Assembly (NCBI GenBank): GCA_031459385.1
Contig: JAVKIP010000020.1
Location: 1 to 52,952 of the forward strand
Source of the DNA: Candidatus Fervidifonticultor secundus
Lineage (GTDB): Bacteria > Sysuimicrobiota > Sysuimicrobiia > Sysuimicrobiales > Humicultoraceae
Direction of reading: 5' to 3'
DNA: 52,952 bases
In this document: positions 19,634 through 28,724 of the stretch, one piece after another
Layout: every line of letters begins with the position of its first letter
Numbering within the stretch: the first letter of the stretch is position 1
Made by a program: the position numbers and the translations under genes
Notes under the pieces: model-generated
The model's input: the letters and a program-made list of their open reading frames with translations, nothing else
Database searches by the model: none
What the model was told of the DNA's origin: nothing

Positions 19634-20290
19634 TTAGGGCTCGATGAGCCCCTTGCGGATGGCGTACCGCACCAGCTCAGCGCGGTCGTGGAGGTTGAGC
19701 TTCTCCATGATGTGCGCCCGGTGAGTCTGCACCGTCTTGATGCTGATGTAGAGCCGGTTGGCGATCTCCTGGTTGGTGTGGCCCTCGGCGATCAGGGTGA
19801 GCACTTCGCGCTCGCGCTCGGTGAGCCCGTCGAGGGTCTGCGCCTTCTCCGTGGGAGACGCCCGCTGCAGGAAATCCTGGACGACCATCTTGGCCACCGA
19901 CGGGTAGAGGAACGCCTCGCCGCGGTGGGCTGCGCGCACTGCGGCCACCAAGTCTTCCGCCGCCGCCCGTTTCAGCACATAGCCGGCCGCGCCCACCTTC
20001 AAGAGCTCGAAGACGTAGTTGCCTTCCTCGTGCATCGTCAGGCCGAGCACCTGGACCTCGGGCAGTTCCCGGCGGATCTGCTCGGTAGCCTGGATGCCGT
20101 TCAGGTCGGGCATGCTGATGTCCATGACGACCACATCGGGGCGCAGCCGCCGTGCCTGCTCCACCGCTTCGCGCCCGGTGGCCGCCTCGCCGACCACCTC
20201 GAAGTCTTCCTGGCCGGCCAGGATCATGCGCACGCCTTCCCGCACGATGCTATGGTCGTCGGCGATCAGGATCCGGATCTTACCGGCCAT
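19634..20290 (-). CDS. NarL/LuxR-family response regulator
   Basis: ILIADDHSIVREG, VMDISMP, GYVLK, LTEREREVL..GHTNQEIA..SIKTVQTH. Confidence 0.96.
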   Translation of the reverse strand: MAGKIRILIADDHSIVREGVRMILAGQEDFEVVGEAATGREAVEQARRLRPDVVVMDISMPDLNGIQATEQIRRELPEVQVLGLTMHEEGNYVFELLKVGAAGYVLKRAAAEDLVAAVRAAHRGEAFLYPSVAKMVVQDFLQRASPTEKAQTLDGLTEREREVLTLIAEGHTNQEIANRLYISIKTVQTHRAHIMEKLNLHDRAELVRYAIRKGLIEP

Positions 20291-21465
20291 TCGGTCTCGC
20301 CTCCAAGCGGCAGCCGCGCCAGCACCGTGGTCCCCGCGCCTGGCACCGACAGGATCTGCACCGTGCCCCCCACGAGCTGCGCGCGCTCCCGCATGCCATC
20401 CAGGCCCAGCGTCTGCCGGCCGCCTGGAGGTTCCTCTTGATCGAACCCCACGCCGTTGTCGCGGACCATGACCAACAGCCCGTCCCCGCGCCGGTCCACC
20501 CGGATCTCCAGGCGCGACGCCCGCGAGTGCCGCAACGCGTTGGTGACGGCCTCCTGGATCACGCGGAACGCCACCGTCTCCACGTCCTGCGGCAGGCGCT
20601 CGCCAAACTCCGCAATGTGCACGTCGGTGTCCAGCCCTGCCGGCGCGACGTACGTATCGACGTACCACCGCACCGCCGGCCCGAGCCCCAGGTCGTCCAG
20701 GATAGACGGCCGCAGCTCGTAGACCAGCTTGCGCAGTTCGTCCAGCCCCTGCTGGGCCAGGTCGTGCAACCGGCGCAGCTGGGGCGCCATCGCCCCGTTG
20801 TCCTCTTCGGCACGCGCGGCCAGCTGCGCCAGCTGGATGATCAGCGCGGTCATCATCTGCCCGGCGTGATCGTGCAGGTCCTGGGCGATACGGCGGCGCT
20901 CCTCCTCCTGGGCCACCAGCAGGCGCTGCAGCAGCTCGCGGCGCGTGTGCTCCTCGTCGCGGACCTGCTCGAAGAGGCGCGCGCGCTGGATGGTGATGGC
21001 CAGTTCGTGCCCCACCGACTCCAGCATGTGGAGTTCCTCGACCGTCAGGGCACGGCCCGGCGGGAGCAGGAGGTTGAGGATGCCCATGGCCTGGTCCTGG
21101 GCCACCAGCGGGACCGAGGCATGGCGGTGGACCGCGGGGTTCGTGGGGAGCGCCTGCTCCAGGCGCAGGCACTGCACGTAATTGACCGCGTCGGTGAGCA
21201 GGCCCTCGCGCAGCATGGTGATGCAGCGGCACTCCCCCGCCATGCGCCGCTTGCTGGCCACGGTCAGGGCCGCCGGCAGGTTCACGTCCGCCGCCAGCCG
21301 GAACTGGCCCGTGGCCGGGTCCAGCAGGAAGATCCAGCCCGCCTCGACCGCCATCAGTTCCACGATGCGGCGCAGGGCGCCGTCGAGGGCCTCGCGCAGG
21401 GTGAACGACCGGTTGAGGACCTCGGCGATGCTCCGGAAGATGGCGAGCTGACGGGTCGTCTCCAT
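20266..21465 (-). CDS. Soluble GAF-domain sensor histidine kinase (HisKA_3), AirS/YhcY-like
   Basis: GAF domain with ECRC...AVNYVQCLRLE; EERRRIAQDLHD H-box; QEAVTNALRHS, DNGVGF, GLDGMRER; no transmembrane segment. Confidence 0.92.
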   Translation of the reverse strand: METTRQLAIFRSIAEVLNRSFTLREALDGALRRIVELMAVEAGWIFLLDPATGQFRLAADVNLPAALTVASKRRMAGECRCITMLREGLLTDAVNYVQCLRLEQALPTNPAVHRHASVPLVAQDQAMGILNLLLPPGRALTVEELHMLESVGHELAITIQRARLFEQVRDEEHTRRELLQRLLVAQEEERRRIAQDLHDHAGQMMTALIIQLAQLAARAEEDNGAMAPQLRRLHDLAQQGLDELRKLVYELRPSILDDLGLGPAVRWYVDTYVAPAGLDTDVHIAEFGERLPQDVETVAFRVIQEAVTNALRHSRASRLEIRVDRRGDGLLVMVRDNGVGFDQEEPPGGRQTLGLDGMRERAQLVGGTVQILSVPGAGTTVLARLPLGGETEWPVRSGS

Positions 21466-21515
21466 CAGCGCCCGCCCGGCCCGGGGATCACGACGCCGCC
21501 GGTCATGGCGGTTCC

Positions 21516-21524
21516 AGCATACCA
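21516..21524 (-). promoter_or_regulatory. Putative extended -10 promoter (TGgTATGCT) for the kinase operon
   Basis: Minus strand reads TGGTATGCT between the pdxA stop and the kinase. Confidence 0.5.
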
Positions 21525-21553
21525 GAACGCCTGCCCGGGCCTTAAGAGGCACC

Positions 21554-22564
21554 TCACCCGCGCAGGGAGACCACGCCCAGCCGCACGGCGAGCTCCAGCG
21601 CCTGCCGCATCGGCCGCGGATCGGCCAGGCCCCTGCCGGCGATGTCGTGGGCCGTCCCGTGCGACGGCGTGGCCAGGATGAAGGGGTATCCCACTCCTAC
21701 CGAGACCCCGCGGTCGAAGCCCAGCAGCTTCGTGGCGATCTGGGCCTGATCGTGGTACATGGCGACCACCGCATCGAACGCACCGGCGCAGGCCCGCCGG
21801 AAGACGTGGTCGGCCGGCACCGGGCCCGTCGCCACGATCCCCTCGGCCCTGGCCGCAGCCACCGCCGGGGCGATCAGGCGGTCCTCCTCGTCACCCAGCA
21901 GGCCGCCTTCGCCGGCGTGCGGGTTCAGAGCGGCGACGCTTACGCGTGGCGCGGCCACGCCGGCGGCGGCCACGGCCCGGTGGGCGAGCCGGATCGTGCG
22001 CAGCACGCGCTCGGACGTCAGGTGGGCCGCAATGTCGCGAAACGGTACGTGCGCGGTGACACGCGCCACCCACAGTAGCCGCGCGCCCGGGTCGGCCGGG
22101 TGCGGGATCACGTTCAGTTCGTCGTGGTCGGCTGCGCCGACCAGGCGTGCGCACAGGGCGTACTCGTCGCGCACGGGGTACCCGGCGCGCATGATCGCCT
22201 GTTTGTTCAGCGGGGCGAAGACCACGGCGCGGCCCGGGCCCTCCAGTGCCAGGCGCACGGCGGCTTCCAGCCACTGGACTGCGGCGCGGCCGGCCGCCGG
22301 GCTCACCTGTCCCGGGCTCCAGCGACGGTCGTGCGGCGGCACCTCGCAGAAGGGTACGCGACCGGCCTCGAACACGCCGGGGCGATCTGCAGGCACCGGC
22401 CGCAGGTCGCCGGCAGCACCGGCCAGGCGGCACGCCTCTTCCCACGTCGAGACGTCGCCGATGACCAGGATCTCGGCGGCCAGCGGCGCCGTCACCAGGG
22501 CCTTGGCGAGGACTTCCGGGCCGATGCCGGTCGGGTCACCGAGCGTGGCGATGAGTGCGGTCAC
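21554..22564 (-). CDS. pdxA: PdxA-family dehydrogenase (probably catabolic, PdxA2-like)
   Basis: TLGDPTGIGPE, APLNKQA, VTAHVP, LNPHAGE, AMYHDQ, SHGTAHDIAG; GGAGG RBS. Confidence 0.88.
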   Translation of the reverse strand: MTALIATLGDPTGIGPEVLAKALVTAPLAAEILVIGDVSTWEEACRLAGAAGDLRPVPADRPGVFEAGRVPFCEVPPHDRRWSPGQVSPAAGRAAVQWLEAAVRLALEGPGRAVVFAPLNKQAIMRAGYPVRDEYALCARLVGAADHDELNVIPHPADPGARLLWVARVTAHVPFRDIAAHLTSERVLRTIRLAHRAVAAAGVAAPRVSVAALNPHAGEGGLLGDEEDRLIAPAVAAARAEGIVATGPVPADHVFRRACAGAFDAVVAMYHDQAQIATKLLGFDRGVSVGVGYPFILATPSHGTAHDIAGRGLADPRPMRQALELAVRLGVVSLRG

Positions 22565-22647
22565 GTATCCTCCCTGGCCCGGGCTGCGGCCCGGGTGCTG
22601 TCGGCCATCTCCGGCCCACCGCCCGGCGCCAGCAGGAGATGCACGCA

Positions 22648-22662
22648 GGTATATTGTATACC
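22648..22662. promoter_or_regulatory. Palindromic operator (GntR-like) over divergent -10 elements
   Basis: GGTATA-TTG-TATACC perfect inverted repeat; contains TATATT (+) and TACAAT (-). Confidence 0.65.
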
Positions 22663-22672
22663 ACAACCTACC

Positions 22673-23482
22673 GTGGCCGAGCCCGTCATCGAGATCCGCG
22701 ACGTCTACAAGGTCTTCGTGCCCCGCGGAGGGCGCGAGCGTCGCGCGTTCGTGGCCCTGCACGACGTGACGCTCACCATCGAGGCCGGCCGGTTCGTCTC
22801 GCTCGTGGGGCCCTCAGGCTGCGGCAAGTCCACGCTGCTCAACATCATCGCGGGCCTGGTGCGCCCCACCGACGGGACGGTGCGCCACCGGGGCGCGCCG
22901 GTGGACGGCGTCAACACCGACGTGGGCTACATCACCCAGGACGACAACCTGCTGCCGTGGCGTACATTGCAGGAGAACGTGGAGCTGGCCCTGGAGTTCC
23001 GCGGCATCGCGCCGGGCGAGCGCCGCCAGCGCGCCGCCCAGTACATCGCCCGGGTGGGGCTGGCGGGGTTCGAGCACCACTACCCCCACGAGCTGTCGGG
23101 CGGCATGCGCAAGCGCGCGGCGTTGATCCGCACGTTGATCTACGAGCCCGCGGTCGTGCTGATGGACGAGCCGTTCGGCCCGCTGGACGCCCAGACCCGC
23201 GTCATCATGCAGGACGAGCTGCTGCGGCTGTGGGAGGGGTCGGGCAAGACCATCGTCTTCGTCACCCACGACCTGGTGGAGGCGATCGCGCTCTCCGACG
23301 AGATCGCGCTGTTCAGCCGCTCGCCGGGTGCGATCAAGCGCGTCTACCGCGTGCCGCTGCCGCGGCCGCGGGACGTCTTCCACATCCACGCCGACCCGCA
23401 CTTTCCGGCATTCTACACCCAGCTGTGGAGCGACCTGCGCGAGGAGATCGCCGAGGTCGGACTGGAGGCGGTGCCGTCATGA
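22673..23482 (+). CDS. NitT/TauT/SsuB-family ABC transporter ATP-binding protein
   Basis: GPSGCGKST, LLPWRT, LSGGMRKR, LMDEPFGPLD, FVTHD. Confidence 0.95.
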   Translation: MAEPVIEIRDVYKVFVPRGGRERRAFVALHDVTLTIEAGRFVSLVGPSGCGKSTLLNIIAGLVRPTDGTVRHRGAPVDGVNTDVGYITQDDNLLPWRTLQENVELALEFRGIAPGERRQRAAQYIARVGLAGFEHHYPHELSGGMRKRAALIRTLIYEPAVVLMDEPFGPLDAQTRVIMQDELLRLWEGSGKTIVFVTHDLVEAIALSDEIALFSRSPGAIKRVYRVPLPRPRDVFHIHADPHFPAFYTQLWSDLREEIAEVGLEAVPS

Positions 23483-24348
23483 ATGCCGTGCAGACCGCGG
23501 TGGGGGCGCCTGCCGCACGGGCCGAGGCGCTCCGCGAGCGGGTGGAGCGCGAGGAGGTCCGCCGCCAGCGCCAGGAGCAGCGCCGGACCACCGCGGGCCG
23601 GCTGCTGTTCGCCGCCGCGCTGCTGGGCGCCTGGGAGCTCGCCTCGGGCCGGGTGCTCGACGAGTTCTTCGCGAGCCGCCCCAGCGCCATCGCCGCAGCG
23701 TTCTGGGCGATGCTGGCCAAAGAGCAGCTGCTCTACCACCTGCAGTTCACGGTCGTGGAAGCCCTGGCGGGCTACGTCCTCGGCGCCGGCGCCGGGCTGG
23801 TCTGCGGGTTCGTCCTGGCCCGCATCGAGGTCGTCTACCGCATCGTGGAGCCCTTCGTCGTGGCCTTCTACGGCATCCCGCGCATCGCCCTGGCGCCGTT
23901 GTTCATTCTGTGGTTCGGTATCGGCATCGCGTCCAAGATCGCCGTGGCCGCCGTCATGGTGTTCTTCATCGTCTTCATCAACACCATCGCCGGAATCCGG
24001 TCCACGCCACCGCAGTTCCTGCAGATCGCCCGGGTCATGGGCGCCTCCGAGTGGGACCTGATGCGCAAGGTGGTCTTCCCGGCCGCCACGCCGTTCATCA
24101 TTGCGGCGCTGCAGATCACCGTGCCCCAGGCCATGATCGGCGCCATCGTCGGCGAGTTCATCTCCGCCAACCGCGGCGTCGGCCACCTGATCAACCGCGC
24201 GGCCGGCTTCCTGGACACGCCGGGGCTGTTCGCGGGCATCGTGGCGCTGCTGGGCATCGTGCTCGTCATGAACCACGCCATCACGTCGCTGGGGAACCAC
24301 CTGATGCGCTGGAACCCCAAGCACGGAACGACACGGGAGCTGCCGTAG
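23479..24348 (+). CDS. NitT/TauT/SsuC-family ABC transporter permease
   Basis: IPRIALAPLFILWFG, ARVMGAS, GAIVGEF. Confidence 0.94.
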   Translation: MNAVQTAVGAPAARAEALRERVEREEVRRQRQEQRRTTAGRLLFAAALLGAWELASGRVLDEFFASRPSAIAAAFWAMLAKEQLLYHLQFTVVEALAGYVLGAGAGLVCGFVLARIEVVYRIVEPFVVAFYGIPRIALAPLFILWFGIGIASKIAVAAVMVFFIVFINTIAGIRSTPPQFLQIARVMGASEWDLMRKVVFPAATPFIIAALQITVPQAMIGAIVGEFISANRGVGHLINRAAGFLDTPGLFAGIVALLGIVLVMNHAITSLGNHLMRWNPKHGTTRELP

Positions 24349-24376
24349 CCTCGGCAGCCCCGAGGAGGGACGGGCG

Positions 24377-25393
24377 ATGCAGAAGATGCTGCTACGGGGC
24401 CTGGCGGGCGTGGTCGCGGTGCTGGTCGCCGGCGGGGTGGCCTCCGCTCAGGCGCCGCGGGTCAGGATCACCGAGGTCCACACCGGTACGCTGTTCATGG
24501 CCCCGGTCTACATCGCGGAAGCCGCAGGCTTCATGGCCGAGGAAGGTATCGACCTGGAGCTCACCGAGGTCGACAGCGGCGCGCTGGGCATCGCGGCCCT
24601 GGTCTCCGGCCAGGCCCAGTTCTTCGACGCCGATCCGTTCCAGGCGATCCAGCTGCGCCGGCAGGGCCGCCAGATCCTGTTCGTCTACAACCTGACGAAG
24701 CGCGTGACGCTGGACCTGGTCATGCATCCCGAGGTGACCCGGCAGCGGAACGTGAGCCGCCAGACGCCGCTGCCGCAGCGGCTGGCGGCGCTGCGCGGCC
24801 TGCGGCTGGGCATCACGCGGCCCGGGGCGGCCACCGACGTCTACATGCGCTACTACCTGAAGCGCGCCGGGCTGGACCCCGACCGCGATGCGCAGCTGCT
24901 GAGCATCGGCGGCGGCGCCGGCCTGCTGGCGGCGCTGCGCACCCGACAGATCGATGCCTTCCACCTGTCGGCACCCACGCCCTACGTCGCCGAGCGCGAG
25001 GGGTTCGGCGTGGTCGTCATCAAGGCGTCCGCGGGCGACGTGCCCGAGCTCGACAACTTCCTCTACACGGGCGTCTCGGTCCACAACGTCTACGCCAACA
25101 AGAACCCCGATGTGGTGCGCCGGTGGGTCCGGGCGGTCATCAAGGCCAACCAGCTGATGCGCCGCGATCAGGCCGCCGCGGTCCAGCACCTCCGCAAGCA
25201 CTTCCCGCGCACCGACCCGGCGGTACTGGCGCTGGCGCTGCGCGAGATGCTGCCGGCCCTGTCCGAGGACGGCTCGATGAGCGAGCAGATGATGCAGAAG
25301 CACATCGACTTCATGTACGACACGGGGCAGATCACCTACAAGCCCTCGGCCAGGGAAGGATTGCTGTGGACGAACCGCTTCATCGGGAAGTGA
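24377..25393 (+). CDS. NitT/TauT/SsuA-family ABC substrate-binding protein
   Basis: Signal peptide; GFMAEEGIDLE, LRGLRLGITRPGAAT, GLDPDRD. Confidence 0.92.
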   Translation: MQKMLLRGLAGVVAVLVAGGVASAQAPRVRITEVHTGTLFMAPVYIAEAAGFMAEEGIDLELTEVDSGALGIAALVSGQAQFFDADPFQAIQLRRQGRQILFVYNLTKRVTLDLVMHPEVTRQRNVSRQTPLPQRLAALRGLRLGITRPGAATDVYMRYYLKRAGLDPDRDAQLLSIGGGAGLLAALRTRQIDAFHLSAPTPYVAEREGFGVVVIKASAGDVPELDNFLYTGVSVHNVYANKNPDVVRRWVRAVIKANQLMRRDQAAAVQHLRKHFPRTDPAVLALALREMLPALSEDGSMSEQMMQKHIDFMYDTGQITYKPSAREGLLWTNRFIGK

Positions 25394-25428
25394 CGGCGTG
25401 AGGTCACGCCATCGAGGAGGTGAGGACC

Positions 25429-26172
25429 GTGCGTGTGCTGCTCGCCACCGCCCTGTGTCTGGGCCTGCTGGTCGCTCCGGTGGGCTCGGTCCCGTCGTCG
25501 CTCGCCATCCGGTGGTACGGCCAGTCGTTCTTCCTCGTCACCACCGCCGACGGTCTGCGCATCGCCATCGACCCCTTCGAGGACATCGGCTTCCCCCTGC
25601 CGACGGTGGAGGCCGACGTGGTCCTGATCACCCATGAGCACCGCGACCACAACAACGCGGGGCTCATCCGCGGCCGACCGCGGGTCCTGCGCGGCCTGGC
25701 CCCGGGGGCGGCCGACTGGAACCGCATCTACGAGCGCGTGGGCTCCACCCTGATCTACGCCGTCCCCGGCTTCCACGACGACGTGCAGGGCGCCTCGCGC
25801 GGGCTCGACGCGTTCTTCGTCATCGAGACGGACGGTGTGCGCCTCGCCCACCTGGGCGACGTGGGCCAGCCGACGTTGAGCGAGCACCAGCTCCGGGCCC
25901 TGGGCCGGATCGATGTCTTGATGATCCCGGTCGGCGCCGGCCCGTTCACCGTCAGCGTGGCCGACGCCAACCGCCTGGTGGACCAGATCCGCCCGCGCGT
26001 GATCATCCCGATGCACTACAAGACGGCCGCCCGCCCCACCTGGCCGGGTCTGGACGAGCGCCCGTTCCTGGAGGGCAAGCCGAACGTGCGACGCCTGGGT
26101 CGTCACACGCTGATCCTCGCGCGCGAGCAGGTGCCGGCCACCCCGCAGGTCGTCGTCATGGAGTGGCAGTGA
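25429..26172 (+). CDS. Secreted MBL-fold metallo-hydrolase (start at 25420 or 25429)
   Basis: Signal peptide; WYGQS, IDPF, THEHRDH, HLGD, IPMHY. Confidence 0.88.
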   Translation: MRVLLATALCLGLLVAPVGSVPSSLAIRWYGQSFFLVTTADGLRIAIDPFEDIGFPLPTVEADVVLITHEHRDHNNAGLIRGRPRVLRGLAPGAADWNRIYERVGSTLIYAVPGFHDDVQGASRGLDAFFVIETDGVRLAHLGDVGQPTLSEHQLRALGRIDVLMIPVGAGPFTVSVADANRLVDQIRPRVIIPMHYKTAARPTWPGLDERPFLEGKPNVRRLGRHTLILAREQVPATPQVVVMEWQ

Positions 26173-26220
26173 CGTCCCGCCCGGCGGCAGGCGCCGCGGA
26201 CGAGGCCGGGAGGTCCGGAC

Positions 26221-27651
26221 GTGGACAGACAGCAGGCCGTGCATCCATCCCCCTCGACGTTGGAGGGTACCGGCGTCACCGAGGAGGTGGCACGCTTCAT
26301 CGTCGAGCCCCGCGACGTGCCGGACGAGGTGCGGACGCTCGCCACGGACCACCTGGTGGACGGCGTGGCGGTCATGCTGGCCGGCGCCACCGAAGAGAGC
26401 GGAGCGCTGGTCCGCGCCCACCTGCGGGAGGTGGGCGGTCGTCCGCAGGCGCAGGTCCTGGGCGCGGCACTGCGCGCCCCGCTGCAGCTGGCGGCGTGGG
26501 CCAACGGCGTCGCCGGCCACGCCATGGACTACGACGACACGCAGCTGGCGACCGACCCGCAGAGCGTCTACGGCCTGCTGACCCACCCGACGGTGCCCGC
26601 GCTGGCCGCCGCCCTGGCTGCCGCCGAGGACCTCGGCACCCCGGGGGCGGCGCTGCTGGACGCCTACATCGTCGGCGTCGAGGTCGAGTGCCGCATCGCG
26701 GACGCCATCGACCCGCGCCACTACCGCAACGGCTTCCACTCCACGGCAACGATGGGCGTCTTCGGCGCCGCCGCCGCGGCCGCGCGGCTGTACCGCTGCG
26801 ACCTGGAGACGACGCGGCGCGCCTTGGGCCTGGCGGCGTCTATGAGCGCGGGCCTGCGCGAGAACTTCGGCACCATGACCAAGCCCTTTCACGCCGGCCG
26901 GGCCGCGGAGTCGGGCCTGCTGGCCGTGCTGCTGGCGCGGCGTGGGTGGACGGCGGCGACGAACATCCTGGAGGCCCGCCGCGGCTTCTACCAGGCCACA
27001 GCCGGCGGCTTCGACCCGTCCAAGATCCGCGGGATGTTGGGGCGGCCGTACTTCTTCGTCGCGCCGGGGATCTCGATCAAGCCCTACCCGTCGGGGTCGC
27101 TCTCCCACCCGGCCCAGGACGTCCTCCTGGACCTGGTCCGCACGCACGACGTGCGGCCCGAGCAGGTGACTCGCATCGACGTCGGCGTCAACTCCCACGT
27201 GCCCAACGCCCTGATCCACACCCGGCCCACGACGGCCCTGGAGGGCAAGTTCAGCCTGCAGTTCCAGATGGCCATCGGGGTGCTCGAGCGCGCGGCCGGC
27301 ATCCGGCAGTTCACCGACGAGAAAGTCCGCGATCCCCGCACCCGGGCGTTGATGGAGCGCGTCTTCGTACACGTCGACCCCGAGATCGAGGCCCTGGGGT
27401 ACAACGAGATGCGCATGACCGTGCGCATCACCCTCGCCGACGGCCGGGTGCTGGCCGGGCGCGCGGACGCCGCCAGGGGCCACCCGCGGATGCCCATGAG
27501 CCGCGCCGACCTGACGGCGAAGTTCCTGGAGTGCGCGGCGCTGGTCATGCCGCGGGCGCGGGCCGAGGCGCTGCTGGCGCGCCTGTGGGAGATCCGGGCT
27601 CTCCCCGACGTCGCCGGCCTGGCACCGCTGCTGGCCGGGGCGGCCGCATGA
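26221..27651 (+). CDS. MmgE/PrpD family protein (dehydratase/epimerase)
   Basis: NGVAGHAMDYDD, HP, GFHSTAT, NFGTMTKPFHAG, KPYPS, GKFS. Confidence 0.93.
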   Translation: MDRQQAVHPSPSTLEGTGVTEEVARFIVEPRDVPDEVRTLATDHLVDGVAVMLAGATEESGALVRAHLREVGGRPQAQVLGAALRAPLQLAAWANGVAGHAMDYDDTQLATDPQSVYGLLTHPTVPALAAALAAAEDLGTPGAALLDAYIVGVEVECRIADAIDPRHYRNGFHSTATMGVFGAAAAAARLYRCDLETTRRALGLAASMSAGLRENFGTMTKPFHAGRAAESGLLAVLLARRGWTAATNILEARRGFYQATAGGFDPSKIRGMLGRPYFFVAPGISIKPYPSGSLSHPAQDVLLDLVRTHDVRPEQVTRIDVGVNSHVPNALIHTRPTTALEGKFSLQFQMAIGVLERAAGIRQFTDEKVRDPRTRALMERVFVHVDPEIEALGYNEMRMTVRITLADGRVLAGRADAARGHPRMPMSRADLTAKFLECAALVMPRARAEALLARLWEIRALPDVAGLAPLLAGAAA

Positions 27652-28724
27652 CCAGATACCGGCTCGCGGTCATTCCCGGTGACGGCATCGGCCGCGAGGT
27701 CGTCCCCGAAGGCCTCAAGGTGCTGCGCGCCGCCGGCGAGCGCTTCGGGTTCGGGCTCGACGTCCAGACCTTCCCGTGGGGTTGCGGCTACTACCTCCAG
27801 TACGGCGCCATGATGCCTCCCGACGGCCTGGACCTGCTGCGCGGCGCCGACGCCATCTACCTGGGCGCCATCGGCGACCCCCGTGTGCCCGACCACGTCA
27901 GCCTCTGGGGGCTGCTGCTGCCGATCCGCCAGACCTTCGACCTCTACGTCAACCTGCGCCCGATCCGCCTCCTCGAGGGAATCCCCTCGCCGCTCGCCGG
28001 TCGTGGGCCGGCCGATGTGGACATCGTCTTCATCCGCGAAAACACCGAAGGCGAATACGCCGGCGTGGGCGGCCGCATCGGTGTAGGCACGCCCCACGAG
28101 GTCGCGCTGCAGACCGCGGTCTACACGCGGCGCGGCGTGGACCGCATCCTGCGATATGCGTTCGAGCTGGCGCGCGCGCGGCGCAGGAAGCTGGCCCACA
28201 TCACCAAGTCCAATGCGCTGCAGTACACCGCGGTGTTCTGGGACGAGGTCGCCGCCCAGGTCGCCCGCGACTACCCCGACGTCGAGGTGTGGAAGCTGCA
28301 CGTGGACGCCGCTGCCTACCAGATGCTCCTGCACCCCGACTGGTTCGACGTCATGGTCGGGTCCAATCTCTACGCCGACATCCTGACCGACCTGGGCGCC
28401 GGCATCCAGGGCAGCCTGGGCCTGGCCGCCAGCGCCAACCTGGACCCCACGCGGGTCCACCCGTCGCTCTTCGAGCCGGTCCACGGCTCGGCGCCCGACA
28501 TCGCCGGCCGCGGGGTCGCCAACCCCATGGCCGCCATCTGGAGCGCCTCGCTCATGCTCGAACACCTGGGCGAGCGGGACGCGGCCGCTGCGGTCTTCGA
28601 GGCGCTGCAGGCGGTGGCGCGCCGCGGCACGCCGCGCACACCCGATCTCGGCGGGCGCGCCACGACGGCGCAGGTGGGCGACGCGGTGGCGGCAGCGCTG
28701 CAGGACGTGGAGGCGCGCCGGTGA
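27648..28724 (+). CDS. Tartrate/D-malate dehydrogenase-like beta-decarboxylating dehydrogenase (ICDH/IPMDH family)
   Basis: IPGDGIG, VPDHVSLWGLL, RENTEGEY, TKSN, DILTDL, FEPVHGSAPDIAG. Confidence 0.92.
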   Translation: MTRYRLAVIPGDGIGREVVPEGLKVLRAAGERFGFGLDVQTFPWGCGYYLQYGAMMPPDGLDLLRGADAIYLGAIGDPRVPDHVSLWGLLLPIRQTFDLYVNLRPIRLLEGIPSPLAGRGPADVDIVFIRENTEGEYAGVGGRIGVGTPHEVALQTAVYTRRGVDRILRYAFELARARRRKLAHITKSNALQYTAVFWDEVAAQVARDYPDVEVWKLHVDAAAYQMLLHPDWFDVMVGSNLYADILTDLGAGIQGSLGLAASANLDPTRVHPSLFEPVHGSAPDIAGRGVANPMAAIWSASLMLEHLGERDAAAAVFEALQAVARRGTPRTPDLGGRATTAQVGDAVAAALQDVEARR

